From Hydrolagus affinis (Eukaryota): 64,000 nt of DNA. The stretch covers positions 1-64,000 of the forward strand of contig JAAILG010000375.1 of NCBI GenBank assembly GCA_012026655.1, written 5' to 3'. The notes beneath the pieces are model-generated. The model did no database searches and was not told the origin of the DNA. It saw nothing but the letters and a program-made list of their open reading frames with translations. Positions 12,863-25,714 of the stretch are shown one piece after another. A program made the position numbers and the translations under genes. Positions within the stretch are counted from its first letter, which is position 1, and each line of letters begins with the position of its first letter.

Positions 12863-12935
12863 ATAATAATAGTAATCCTTGTATTTGAAACAGCACCTTA
12901 TCACGTCGTTGAGCTGTCTCAAAGCGCTTCACAAT
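12863..12935 (-). mobile_element. SINE 3' tail-only fragment
   Basis: ataataatagtaatccttgtatttga...tctcaaagcgcttcaca is the reverse complement of the SINE tail. Confidence 0.75.
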
Positions 12936-13710
12936 GTAACAATATTGTAGAAGCACAGGTATTTGTATCTCTGTCTTTTCAGTATCATCTTCTAGATTTC
13001 ATCCTCCATCAGAAGCAAATCGAGCAACAGGAGTGGCTTAGCTGATGAAAGGTTGGTAGATGGGATTTATATTCCTTTGTACGAGGAAATGGGACATGTT
13101 TTTTTTCAGACAAGGACCACTATACAAACTTCCCCCAAACCATTGATTTATTGCACAAGATAATGTTTAGCAAATCTGATTGCTTTCAAATTTGAAGAAC
13201 CCAAATGCACTCAGTCAGGTCAAGTGAAGGAGATTAACTTGATTCCCAATATACACTTCCCTTAATTATAGCTCAGGTAGATCTGGCCAACTGTATGAAT
13301 CAAGTTTATATCTGCTAATAGGCGAAAGCACCGTAAGAGCCACATGTGACAGGTACAAACAGGCCTGAGCAAGCTTGCCCCCAATTGAATTTGTGGCTAT
13401 TTCTCTGTTCTGAATTGATTTTGTGAAAGAAATTGTTTTCACAAATTCAATTTGTTTGTCGTCCCTTTATCCAGATTATGGGATCTGTTAAATAAAAAGG
13501 CAGGTGCACATCAGCCCCAGCCATCCTCAAGAAGGAAATTTCATGTTTATCACTTTAAAACGTAAACCCTGACTCTGATTCTTTTTGACATTTGCAATTA
13601 TTAAGATACACCAGCAGGGTAAAGAGAACCGGATTCCCAGAGCTTTGAGGGAATTTCCCTGATGCTTCTTTTCCCTTGTCACAACTCAACATGTAATCAA
13701 GTGCTTCCAC

Positions 13711-13770
13711 AGCGTCTTGGGACGTTCTCCCAATGTGAAAGGCGCTACATAAATGTAATTTTGTTGTTGT
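13711..13770 (+). mobile_element. L2 tail-only insert
   Basis: agcgtcttgggacgttctcccaatgtgaaaggcgctacataaatgtaattttgttgttg. Confidence 0.88.
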
Positions 13771-14435
13771 CCATAATGCCTTTCTCCAAGCCGCCTGTAA
13801 TAAAGTGGAATGTAATTATAATTGCAATATTTACAGCTGTTGCAGTAGAATTAATCCTGAATAGGGAGGGAAGCAGCCCAAGAGACTTATGAAGCTAGGC
13901 ATTACTGATAGAACAAGTCACCGAGGGTGTAAATGTGACAGCTGAATTCGCCTGCTGCTTTAATCCTACAAATGAAAACGGTGGCCTCCGTGCATACGTG
14001 CGGATTGAGCTTACATGTTCATGTGTCCGTATTATTGGCCAGTGTATTGTATTCTAATTCACATTGGTTTCAGAAAGCGGAATATTTTAATGTGCCATCT
14101 GCATTTCGTGCTCACAAAGATCAGGTATATCTGACTTGGTCTTGACTGATATTCATACTTGGATTTTCCCTTGTTGGAAAACATCCCCTGTCAGTTTGGT
14201 CATCTGGTGGAGAGATGGAATCAGTCAAGGGAAAAAGGGTATCAACCCGTTCTACTTGAGCATGACTCAGTGAGAGGGTGAGATTTCCCACCTTCCTTTG
14301 AGTCAAATAAAGGAGGGTTTATTTGGAGAGGGAAAGGGATCCAAACCACAAAAGCACACTTTCTAGCTCTAAGCAAGGGTGTGAAATATAGGGTTATGGA
14401 GCAAATTATTTTGTCTAAATTCCATTCTACATAGT

Positions 14436-14502
14436 AACGCCTTGGGACGTCCTCCCAATGTGAAAGGTGCTATACAAATGTAATGTTGCTATTGTGGTTG
14501 TT
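14436..14502 (+). mobile_element. L2 tail-only insert
   Basis: aacgccttgggacgtcctcccaatgtgaaaggtgctatacaaatgtaa plus degenerate TTG tail. Confidence 0.85.
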
Positions 14503-14696
14503 ATGATCACAGGTAGAATTCTGGCCATTTAACATTCGGGGAGCAGAGTGAAAGAAGGAGAATACTATTTCACAATTGTTCACTGCAAAAATGATAGTAT
14601 ACTTCCTGTGCTGCAAGGAGCAGGAAAATGTGAATGATCCAGGGGTTGATGATGCAGTTATTTATTCTGTGTTATAATTTAGGTCCAGTCTGACCA

Positions 14697-14850
14697 AGAA
14701 TCATAGAGTCATACAGCACAAAAGGAGGCCATTCAGCCCATCATGTCTGTGCTGACTCCAAAAAGAGCTGTCCAACTCAATCCAAATGGCCCGTTTTCTC
14801 TCCAAAGGCATGCAATCTTGTCCTCCCCAAGGTTCTTCCTAACCTCCCTT
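14697..14850 (-). mobile_element. CR1-type LINE (or CR1-tailed SINE) 3' end
   Basis: gaatcatagagtcatacagcacaaaaggaggccattcagccc is the reverse complement of the CR1 3' terminus with its (ATTCTATG)-like repeat. Confidence 0.75.
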
Positions 14851-14885
14851 CTGTTTCTTTTAATAAGGCATGAAAAAGTTTCCAT

Positions 14886-15029
14886 TTGACTTTCAGAGAC
14901 TTGTATTTGTGAATCAATTGTTTTAATTATTTCACTACCATGTCTGTTTATTGAAACCGGCGTGAACTGTTTCTCTCAGCTGTATAATTCTCCCAGATGT
15001 CAATTACTTTCATTGTGCAGTTGCAACCC
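14886..15029 (+). repeat. Copy 2 of the dispersed direct repeat, carrying an extra ~33 nt
   Basis: Aligns by eye with 12320-12430. Confidence 0.9.
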
Positions 15030-16264
15030 CCAGTGTTGCTTAAACCTCAGCAACATTCAATTAAATTGCTGTGTCTCAGCTGATTTCAGAAAAGAAAACT
15101 TACGTTTGGCAAGTCTTCCTTTTAAGCCTCAGTCTCTACTGTCTCTTCTTAATTCTGATTTATTGTGGTTGCTTGCAGTCACCCATCATTATATGATCAT
15201 TATCTTTCTTATATCATTGGAGGGATGGTGTGGTGGTGGGTGTGGGTGTGGTGGGGGGGTATAGCAGATCCCTATTGTTAATCATTTTCTCTTCCTGATT
15301 GATAAATGAGGCTACGCTATTTTGCTTTATGTTTTAGGCTTACATTTTGATTTACTTAAACTCATTTCCAATTTAAATATGCTGCCTGATTTGGAAAATA
15401 ATTCCCAGTTTCCAGATTGAGACACTTTTCTATAATCCTAATAACATCATAATTATTTGTTGTTTCATATGCCTCTCAGTCAAACATCTCAAACCCTGAT
15501 GTCTTGTGGCAATAAGATATATGCATTTGCTACAACCAAAGGTTAATGCATGCTTCTACTGCGATTTGAATTCACTGTATAGATGATCAACTTACTTATG
15601 CATAGATATTGTGGCATGGTGTTATAATAGCAAAACAGATTCATATAAAGGAAATATACTGTAGATTCTGTTTAAGCATGTATGTCTAGTCAGGTCTACC
15701 TGGTGGTAAATATTGTATCTTGGCAGTGGATTGTGCAGCTTCTGTGTTTCTCCTTATGTAGGCGGGTGTATGAAGAAGCTCATCAATTTCTATGAGATTT
15801 TTTGTTGGAAATGGTTCAGTCAGGAGAAATATTAGATTATGGTCAGCGTGATGGGATGGGAGGTAGTTGCTAAGTAACTATACTTAGTGTAACAGTGTGC
15901 CTCTAGAGTCTGTCAGCAGGATGGGGCAATAGGGCCACTTATTAAGAGGTTCAAGTGAATTTGCTGAGCTCCAAGAACACGGAGATGATCTTCTAATTTC
16001 ATTTCTCTTCAACCTCTTTCACAGAAAATGTTGACAAAGAACTTTAACATCCTGCTGACTGTTCTCAAGGACTTCTCAGGTTTAATATTCACAACCGGAA
16101 GCAAGCCAAAAACTCAAAATTGGCTGAAATCTCCTGCTTGAGTTGATCCGCATTCTGCATTATGTTTAGTGCTGCTGGTGCTGGTTCTCCTTAAAGTTGA
16201 ACCTTACTCAGTTTCTTATTCAAAACCAAACCTTCTCCATTTCAAAGTTGTAGATTTTCTAAAG

Positions 16265-16804
16265 TTGGCTCAACTATGCCAGTGCAACTCCCCAATTCCT
16301 CCCTCCATAGGCTGCAGATCATGCAGAACCATGAAGCCTGTATCCTCTCCCACACCAAGTTCCGCAACTCTATTACTCACGTCCAGCTACAATGGCTTCC
16401 CAACACTCAGAGGATTCAATTCAAGATCCTGGTCCTCACCTTGAAAGCCTTCCATGGCCTTGCCACCCCACCCCACTACCTCTGCTGTCTCCTAACCCCC
16501 TACCAACCTGTCTGCTCTGGCCTACTCCTTATTCCCCATCCCACCCACCCAAACAATGGCGGGCAAGCCTACAGCCACACTGCCCCCAACCTTTGGAATT
16601 CCATCCCGCAATCCCTCCATTTTGCCCCACCTAACCTTCAAGTCCCACCTAAAGATCCTCCTCTTCAACCATGCCATCAGTCACCACACTTTGCCTCCCT
16701 CCAATCCCAACCCCAACTCAGGTTCAAAACACTGACTGTCTAGCACCTTGGGACCTACACTCAATGTGAAAGGTACTATACAAATGTAATTTTGTTGTTG
16801 TTGT
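16265..16804 (+). mobile_element. L2 3' fragment (ORF2 C-terminus, UTR, tail)
   Basis: SLHRLQIMQN...LQWLP...RIQFKILVLTLKAFHGLA...APNLWNSIP, followed by the stem-loop and (TTG)n. Confidence 0.92.
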
Positions 16805-16938
16805 AGATGGAAGGATATCCATTGAATCCAGCGTTGATGTTTGCCTCACCCATACATTCCCCTGTGGAATATATCATCTCGGACCTTCACTCTGAATCCA
16901 CTAAAATTAAAATTTCAGTTCCAACTGTACAAATTTCT

Positions 16939-17014
16939 GCAAATTAATCATGAGACTTATGAAATATTTCAGGAAGCAAATTAATCATGAGACTGTTATG
17001 AAATACTTCAGGAA
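16939..17014. repeat. Tandem duplication, ~37-39 nt x2
   Basis: gcaaattaatcatgagact(gt)tatgaaata(t/c)ttcaggaa occurs twice. Confidence 0.9.
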
Positions 17015-18920
17015 TACTGTGGGGGTGGTGAGAGCAGTATCCACCTGATAGCAGCAAACAACAGTTGGACAGTGTGAATGCTTTAGGGCAGCCAACATTT
17101 GCTAAATTTGTGACATCTACCAACAATGATTAAAGTTCAAACAAGATGAAAGTTTAAAACATATCAATTGCCTTCCTTAGTGCACCCATTCTCCTTGAGG
17201 GCCATGATTTGTCACGAAGGTTGAGCTGAGCAGTGAACAAGTTGGTACAATATTTCTATGCAAAGCAGTCTTGTATTCCTATACTTGGGCCACACAATGA
17301 ATATGCAATATACTCACTGCAATTCCCATTTGCATCTGACCAAGATACAATGCATATTACAAATGTTTTTGGATAAATTATGTTCCATTAACACTGTTTT
17401 TAACTATTATCCCTGAATATCATTTGGGGGTTTAAGATCTCTCCTATGATGGCATTGAACAAATTTGCCTTCACTATGTTCTGTTCAACTTGCATGCTGA
17501 TTATTGGCTCGGTATTGGTTTTCTTTTGGCCAAAAATATAAATGTTTCATCTGTCTGTACATCTGAGCTCACTGCTGGTGGGGGGTTGTGGGGGGGTGGG
17601 TAGGAGGAGAGAATTGGGCAGTAGTCCATTGGCAAAATGTCTTTCCTCTCAAGTCTGTGGCACAAGAACTGTTGCACCTCAGGCACAGACATGTTGTCAA
17701 ATCTCTTTTTCAAACTGGCAGCAGGCGTTGAATATTTTTTGCACTTGGCAAACGCAAAGGTGAAGTATTCATTCAAAGAAAGCACAGTTGGTAGAACATT
17801 GCATTGAAAATTTGCTGCTTCTCACACAACATTCTATAAACTGCCTAAGGAGAATATAGAAATAAATGCTGCTGTTCAGCAAACTCGTCCACTGCCTTCT
17901 CAACTCTCTAAATTAACTGTGCACATGATTTCTCATTTATCAAGTCAGTTTTCATCACACACACATTTTACACCCCATGCCTTGCTCAGCGTCAAATTGC
18001 GTCATCATCGTGCTCTGACATTGTTTCCTATGCTATGTACATGCAGGAGGCTGTTGTCTTTACCTAATTTAGGACCTCAAACTCATCCACTAGGCTGACC
18101 CTGCACTTTACAGTAAGTACCTGGGAATCTCTTTGAGCTGTTTCGATGATATGAGGCACAATATCAAATGCAATGATTATTATGATTATACAGTATTCTG
18201 ATAATATCTTCCACAATCCTTAGCTTTTTCACAGATGAACAATGGGACAAGATACATGGTCACATTTCAGTTGTGCTAAATTGAGCTGGGGTTATATTGT
18301 TTCCTATGGACTCGTGTCAATAAAGCTTGGTATGATTGGTACTGATCTGTTCACATTCGGCATCATTACCAGGGTTTATATAAGATTAATATTTCAAAGG
18401 ATAACCTGCAGCGTGTTCAATAGTGTGGTGGGATATGGCTTTTTCTCTGTTGTTCTGTATTTCAACAATATGTCGTACTTTATGTGCATAAACTGAAGGG
18501 TAAAATTAAAGAAGAGTCATTTCCATCTGTTTCCATTCACCTCTGAAGGTCCAGCTTCAAAGAATCACTGATAAAGATCTCAAGAGGTGAATGTGTTTGT
18601 GCAGATTGTATGTTCATGGGGGAAGAGCAGAAGAAGCAACTCAAGAAGAGAAATCAAATTACTTTGAAGGAAAAAAAGGAAGTTCTCTGCTCAGTAATTA
18701 AAAAAATAATATTGAAAATGATTCCAGGAAACTCCTGAAAAACATCTGTGCTCAATGATACAGTTGAACAAGAATAAAACATACACAAACTGGAAACAAG
18801 CAAAGGTACCAAGGTAGCTCCTTATGCAGACTACACACAATCTGTCTGATTAAGAACTGATTTCAACTTAATTTATCTTCTGTGAGGTTTAGTTGGAGTT
18901 CCTTTCGGACCTCAAATGAA

Positions 18921-18960
18921 CTTTATCAGTCTTTCCATGACTTTATCTGTCTTTCCATGA
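18921..18960. repeat. 20-nt tandem duplication
   Basis: ctttatc(a/t)gtctttccatga x2. Confidence 0.9.
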
Positions 18961-20504
18961 GCGATATTTAAAGGTGTTGCCTGATGTGCCTGGTAAAGAA
19001 ATGTCAGAGATGGTATCAAGTAAGTACGGTAACCCTTTGGAGAAAGATAAAACTGGATATTAGTGATTCCAGAGAGATGAAAGTTGCAATAAAAATTGTG
19101 ATATTTTAAATCAATGTTAGTGTAATAATTCCAGTTCACAACTGTAAGAATTCTCACAACTCAAGTCTAATTTAGTTATTCTCAGGTCACAATCAATTCT
19201 CCAGCCTCATCTAACTCTCTTCCCATCATTCTTTTATACACCTGCTTCTATCCCATCGGCTCTTTCTTAATTGCTATTAATTTCTTAAAGGGATATCCAA
19301 CAATTAGTAAAAGTTTGCGTTGTTCAACAAATGCTTTGTGTCCAAAAGAAGATTCCTGTTTGAGACCCCAGGCAAAGACAAGCACAGACCACTTTCATAC
19401 AATGACTGCAGTGTAAAGCTCTAAATTGTGCCATGTCTGACATTAATTTCAGGTCCAGTGTCTGAGATTAGCCTGAGATGGCGTTGGAGTGAATTGGAAT
19501 CTGATCACACCCTCCCTAAAATACCAATCTCTTATTAACAGCCTTTTGACAGCTTGTTGTCGCGGTTACCATGTTGTGAAGCATGTTGTGTTCTCTGTGA
19601 TATTTGCCATTTCTGTGCACTGACTATGGTGGTAAGAGGAAGGGGGATGGGGCGAAGTGAACACTTCGATAGGGTTTTGGCCTGCAGTGAGGAGCTTGTG
19701 GCTGTTCTGTCAGATGGTCCAGCTGTTACGGAACCAAGCTTGGGTAAACCTGTCATGTCACACAGTGCATGGCATCTGGGCATCATTTCCCAATTCTTCT
19801 TTGAAGGTTATTGTGGTACGTAAATGAACAGAAAAACTGTTTAGCTTATATTTACTGTATTTCCTGAAAGAATTGAAGGAAGATCATGCTATAGTTAACC
19901 TAAGTTGGATTTTCTTTCAATGAGATTACTATATTGGTGTGTGTGTCTCTCTCTCTCCCTCCATACACCAGCCATGATACCCAAGGGACAGGGTGACAAT
20001 TTACATCCGACAGTCCTACTTTCTTGATTTGGTCAGATAAATGTTTTGACATATATGAATCCTGTTCACAAATTTATGAGCATCCAACCAAACAACAACA
20101 ACAAATTTGCACTGTGAGTCCCACAAATGTCTGCCAACTACATGTGGACATTGCCCTGGTTCTGAAATGGATATGTACAATGTACAGTGTGCACTCTCTC
20201 CCTGAGGAGAGATATCCTGTTTACCAAATTTCAGAGTACCATATTAGAGTATTTGATACTGGTTGTGTCGAATTAAGGCTTGTATACAGTTTTTGTCGAG
20301 TGCGAGCGACTTGAAAATGATCCAGGTCATTTTGTTTTCCAACATTATGTTTTCTCCTTCCTGTTCATTCACATGAGGAATTGCTTGGTCTTCACCCTGT
20401 CTCACTAACTGCACAAAAAGTTCCCCTGAGTTGTTGAAAAGTGAATCCAGAAAACATTATTCATGCAAAGAGTTTTGAGAATGTGCCATTTTTTCAGAAA
20501 CTCA

Positions 20505-20655
20505 TAGGTTCAGATTAAATTGAGATGTTTGAGTGGGAGATTGATAAACTGCTTGGGAAGTAAGGGATATGAGGAAATGTGATTGGAAAGATAAGAACCT
20601 CCTTTGCATTACATAATGGCAGAGCAGGCTTCATGGCTTTCTGATCTAATGTACC
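20505..20655 (+). mobile_element. Old CR1 3' end
   Basis: FEWEIDKLLG-like ORF2 end followed by aagggatatg...aatggcagagcaggctt. Confidence 0.55.
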
Positions 20656-21111
20656 TAACTGAAATTAGAAACTGAATAATGCATGGGGTATGTACATTAG
20701 TGAAATAGACGTCATACACTATTGGCATCATTACCTGCTTTCAGTCACACTCTACAAGCAGATGGTTAAAGGTGTTTGAGGGCTGCCTGATGTAGCTCAT
20801 GCAACGGATTTCATGCCTCTGCAACCCAATAAAAAACAGTTTGCATCTTCCCTTGAACCACTGGCTAAGATTTGGCATATAATGTGTAGGGAAAGTGGGT
20901 GTGAATCCTGACATTCACTAACACAGGATATTGGAAAGCCAGCATGCTAAACCATTGGTCTGCCTGCTTCTCTATCTCAGTACAGTTGAAAAATAGAATC
21001 TGATTATTTTTAAAGTAAATTTCAGACAAGAAAGAACTGCATAAATTAATTCAATTCACACCTGTCCCAGCTGTTCAATGTTGAACCTGACATTTTTCGA
21101 CAGCAGTACAG

Positions 21112-21432
21112 TAATAAGAATAATAATCCTTAAATTTGATATAGCGCTTTTTACATCTTATCGACATCTCAAAGCGCTTCACAGAATATACTGTAAGTGA
21201 ATTGACTATATTTGTGGGCGAAACACGGCAGCCAATTGCGCACTGCAGTTTCTACAAACAGTCGTGGATTGAAATTTCCAATTTTTATTATTGTGGTTTT
21301 TTTTGGACGGATTATTATTAGGCATGTGAAGTAAGGAAACTTGCCCAAGGTTTCGCCCTGATCTGCCTGGATTCGAACACAGGTCTCACGCGTGTAAGGT
21401 GAGTGCTCTAACCAATGAGCTACAGGAGCTTC
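21112..21432 (-). mobile_element. Young tRNA-derived SINE, full length
   Basis: Complete reverse-complement match to the family, with an intact B box gttcgaatcc. Confidence 0.95.
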
Positions 21433-22532
21433 ACAAAGTACAGGCACAGTCGTACAGGTGGAAGCACTTGAATACTTTCTCTAATCTGGGTTTGGAATTA
21501 TGAGTGAAAGAGTACTATCTGCCAATTTTTACTAATAAAGAAAATTAACCCCGTTTATAATGATGAATTCAAAATATATAAACAGAAATTGCTCTCTTCA
21601 GAGATAGCCAGCTACTGGTTAGTTTGGACTAGTGTTTAATTGTAGATAATAGCTGATTCATCTCCCTTAATCTGTCTGAATAAATGTACCAAGACATTGT
21701 TCTAGTAAAATTAACAAAGCCTGGTAACACCAGGATGCAAATGAAACCTGTAAATCTTTAAGGACTTGAACAGTGAAAGAGATTGAATTCTGTGTATCTA
21801 CATAGACAATGCAACCTAATGTACTCTAAGCTCCCAATTTAGACATGTAAACGTTTTGTTTATTATTCAATGGCATCATTTTGGGCAGTTTTATGAACTC
21901 CGGGGTTTGGAATCATGATGTGTTCAACATTAATACGCAACTCCTCCTTGGTAAGCCACCACTTGCTCTGTACCTTTGGCTGTCCATGTATCTTGGGCAG
22001 CGTTACACGGGAAGGAGTATTGTGCTTTAATATATTGGTCAACGATTGAAGTCTTGACAGATTCATTTTCTTTCACATGCGCATTCTTCAATTTGCGATT
22101 TCTGGACTTATAATGTCTTGCCAAATGTTTGGTACTGTGATGAAGCTAAAATACTTTTAGACCTAGAGTCATGATTTCCATTTCACTGAGATATCTGTGG
22201 TCTGTGGTCACGAGTGGTCGCGTCTACTCTAATAATCAATGTATGAGTGGCTGGTCCTTTGCCAGCCTGAACTGCTTGACCAGACAAGTCTTCCTTTCAA
22301 AAAGGAAAGCATTTTTTGCAACACATGTGATTTTATGTGGCATAAAGACAGTTTTCTTCTTATGTATCGATTTCAATGATTTGAACCTTGATAGAAATTG
22401 TTGTATTGAAGTCAGCATGGTTCAGCACCATTCAATGATATCCATAGTGAACTGCTTTTTGTGCTTAATACAGTATGGGCAAATTATTCACCAGGCACAA
22501 GGATTGTGATAACAATGGTATTAATAATAGTA

Positions 22533-22665
22533 AATAATAATCCTTGCATTTGATATAGCGCTTCATCACTTCATTGAGACATCTCAAAGTGCTTTACAAG
22601 TAAAATTTTATTGTTGTTGTTTACAGAATATACTGCAAAGCAAAGTGACCATATTTTTTGTGGGC
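22533..22665 (-). mobile_element. SINE 3' fragment interrupted by a ~21-nt L2 tail remnant
   Basis: SINE tail containing the insert agtaaaattttattgttgttg flanked by tttaca on both sides. Confidence 0.8.
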
Positions 22666-22789
22666 ACGTGTGTCAAAGGAAAGCATTAAAGTGGTTTGTG
22701 ACATCCTAACCACATTGAGAGTTACTGTTCCCAGTGGCTTAGCACCTCAATACTACGTGTTGGAATAAGCAGTGTTCACAAAATCTACT

Positions 22790-22850
22790 TTGAAGCAGAT
22801 GGGTTGACATAATGGCCTAAAAGGCTTTCTTCTGTGCTGTAAATTTCAAT
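22790..22850 (+). mobile_element. CR1 3' terminal fragment
   Basis: gacataatggcctaaaaggctttcttctgtgctgtaaatttc resembles the CR1 terminus (gatgggccgaatggcctccttctgtgctgta). Confidence 0.55.
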
Positions 22851-23014
22851 ACAGTCAATCTCATTTATTATATGGGAGAGGCGGTCTGTGTGATCTAAAG
22901 CAAGGTGCAAAGACCAGTTTCATTCGATATGCATGCAGCCCGCCAGCTCGCATTATGCAAGCCAGCCATTCATTTTGTTAAAAGATAGCAAGCTGTCCCA
23001 GCACAAATGGAATG

Positions 23015-23122
23015 AAACAAAAACAGAAGTAGCTGGGGAAACGAAAATGTCAGGCAACATCCACGGAGAAAGGAAAATTAGTCAATGTTTCAGGTCCACG
23101 ACGTCCTCATCAGAAATGGAAT
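23015..23122 (-). mobile_element. Penelope-like element terminal-repeat relic with decayed hammerhead motif
   Basis: aaaacagaagtagctgg...gtcaggcaacatccacggaga...aatgtttcaggtccacgacgtcctcatcagaa resembles PLE terminal repeats. The minus strand has CTGATGA-N15-GAAAC. Confidence 0.65.
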
Positions 23123-25189
23123 GATGTTGGCAGGGACCTCATGGATCTTAAGTTGAACATTTTAAAATTCATCAGAAGTCAGCCAATGATTTGAAATGAT
23201 TTGAAGTGGCTTTCCGGTTGCATTTTGCATTTTTAAGTGTCTGGGTTCCCACTCCAGCAGCGCAATAAATAAATCCGGATTATAACAAAGTGTGTTACAA
23301 CTGGGTTCTACTCTATTTTGCTGGAAGCAAGTGCAGTACCAAATTGGAAGAGCGAGAGAGAGATAGTGACATCATTTTAATACATCAAAGAGATGAAAAT
23401 GGAAAATTACATATACAAAGGAAAGAATTTATCTGTTGGTGCATTGCTTATGGAAGCCAATGGATATCTTAATTGGGCATCATATTGAAGCTGTAGTTGT
23501 TTCATAATGTATTTTTCTCTCAACTATTTAGTGTTAACTGCAGTGTTAATGCTGATTGCATTGCTGTGTGCTAAAGAGCTTTCTGGCACTGAACAATGCA
23601 CTTTCAATAAAATTACAAGCTGTCTTGTTAGTGAATCCGACTGAAAAAAAAATGTAATCCAATGCTATTCGGGAACAATTCCAGACAATCCTTTCAGAAA
23701 TCAGAGCCAAACAGACTAGCAGGGCTAGCAGATTCTCTTGAACATTTATCTTTTTTGGTGACTGACATGAATTTAGGGTGCCTTTAATGTAGTTTTTAGA
23801 TGTGTTGCTACAGTTTACTGTAGATTCTGAACAAAATTTGGCACAAATCGCCAAATGATTTTTGGGATGCCCCAGTGTGTATGTGTTTCGGGGGTGAGTG
23901 GGTAGGGGAATATATTACAATCGGTGTGCACTCTTAAAATTGGAGATGGCATGCAGCATAAGGCACAAATAGAGGGAGTCATTTGTTTGCATCAGGATGT
24001 GCTTAATTCGACCCTGCGGTTCTTGACATTAAGTCTTCTAAGTTGCTCATTCGCCTCATGTATTTTTCTGAGACATTGCTTTACGTAAACTTGGTGACCA
24101 TGTTTTCCTACAAATAATATCAAACACTTTATAGGACAATTTTAAAAGCAGGGCAAGGCTGAGGTACTCCATTGCATTGTAGTGGAACTCGCCGTATTTC
24201 AGATGTTTTTTTTAAAAAATTGTAATGTGTATTAAACTACATTTATTGATAAGATTAGTCTTTGGTCCATCAGATTATACATTTTTTTGCTGTGTCCTGG
24301 TCTTGAATCAGTCCTCATTAGCTTGTGATCTATTCTCCAGCAAGAACATTTTGCTTCTTATGGGTTCACAGAAATGTAATTGTTTCTTTTGTAGGTTTCT
24401 TTTTCATAATCAACTTTCTCCTGTCTTTGGAGAGCATCGACTCAGTTGTAAAAGATAAAGCTGCTCAGGAATCAAACACCATCCACTATCTCGCTTGACT
24501 GACCATTATTCAAGTGTACATACAGATAATGAGTATAGGCAGGCTAGACAACTATAAGAAGCAACATAGCCCGATGCATGTATAGGCAGGCTAGACAACA
24601 TAGCCAAATGCCCGATGCATTTCTCATCCAATGTCCACACATATACAGTTTACAGCATGGTAAATAACTGGCTGGTTTCCTCCCTTGTCTTCGCCCAGCA
24701 ACACTGAGTCCAATTGTAATTTTGAAGCACGTCAAATACAACGGTATATCATTTGGAAGCAGCCCTCCTTTTGGGTGTGGTTCCCGGGCTAATTTATTTA
24801 AAGTTTTATTATGCTGCTAATTAAATCAGCACTCAGCAATGATAACGAGTCTCTGCTACTGGAAGCAAGCCTCCTCCTCCTGCACTGCCCCAAGAACCCA
24901 TTTAATTGATTGAAGGTTAAACAATTATAAGATACATTGTTTTATTTCACAGTAATAAACTACGGATTATTACTCGGCAGACTTGGAATGATGGCACCTC
25001 AATCATTAATTCTTAATCAATTGAAATGAGCATACTGACAATCAAATCCATATCTGACAATGACTAACAGCAAATAACACTCAGAAAGACTTAAGAACAT
25101 TTAATAGAGCAAGAAAAAAAACATACTTTTCGCAGTGGTTAAAAGTCTGCTTCCAATTGGGTTCAGATGGCAATTGTACCCTTTGCATT

Positions 25190-25502
25190 GTTAGAGCTAC
25201 TGTCCTTTGGATGAATCATGAAACCAGGGTCCCATGTGCCTTTTAACTAGATGTTAAAGATCCCACGGCACGATTCGAAAAGAAAAAGGGGTTCCTCCTG
25301 GTGGGCTGGCCAATGACTTCCTAAGTAAAAATGGTTACTCACTTCATGGATGTTTTGTGGGACATTGCTGTGCACATATTGGCTGCTGCAATTGCCTACA
25401 AATTCACAGTTACTGCACTTTACAGCAGAAAACCTGTGAAGCACTTTCAGACACCTCAACAACATAATCAAGTATAATATCAAATGCAGGAATTATTATT
25501 TT
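25190..25502 (+). mobile_element. Older DeuSINE-like element (SacSINE1/AmnSINE1-related body)
   Basis: gatgttaaagatcccacggcacgattcgaa...ggggttcctcctggtg.gctggccaa...gggacattgctgtgcacatattggctgc, then an L2-type tail. Confidence 0.85.
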
Positions 25503-25714
25503 ATACTATAAGTACTTTTAGTTTTGCTTCTTATGGGGCAGTAGGTGTTGTGTAAACCCTGTGGATTAGTTGAGCACCAAGTGCTACTTTAACATCCATA
25601 AAATTTATTTGATGGCAACATTTTTTTATTTATTGCTTTGTGGCAGAACGAGATACAATTAAAATAAAGGGGTGGAAGAATAAGTAAATTTATTAAGCAA
25701 CTGCTTTCTGGAAT

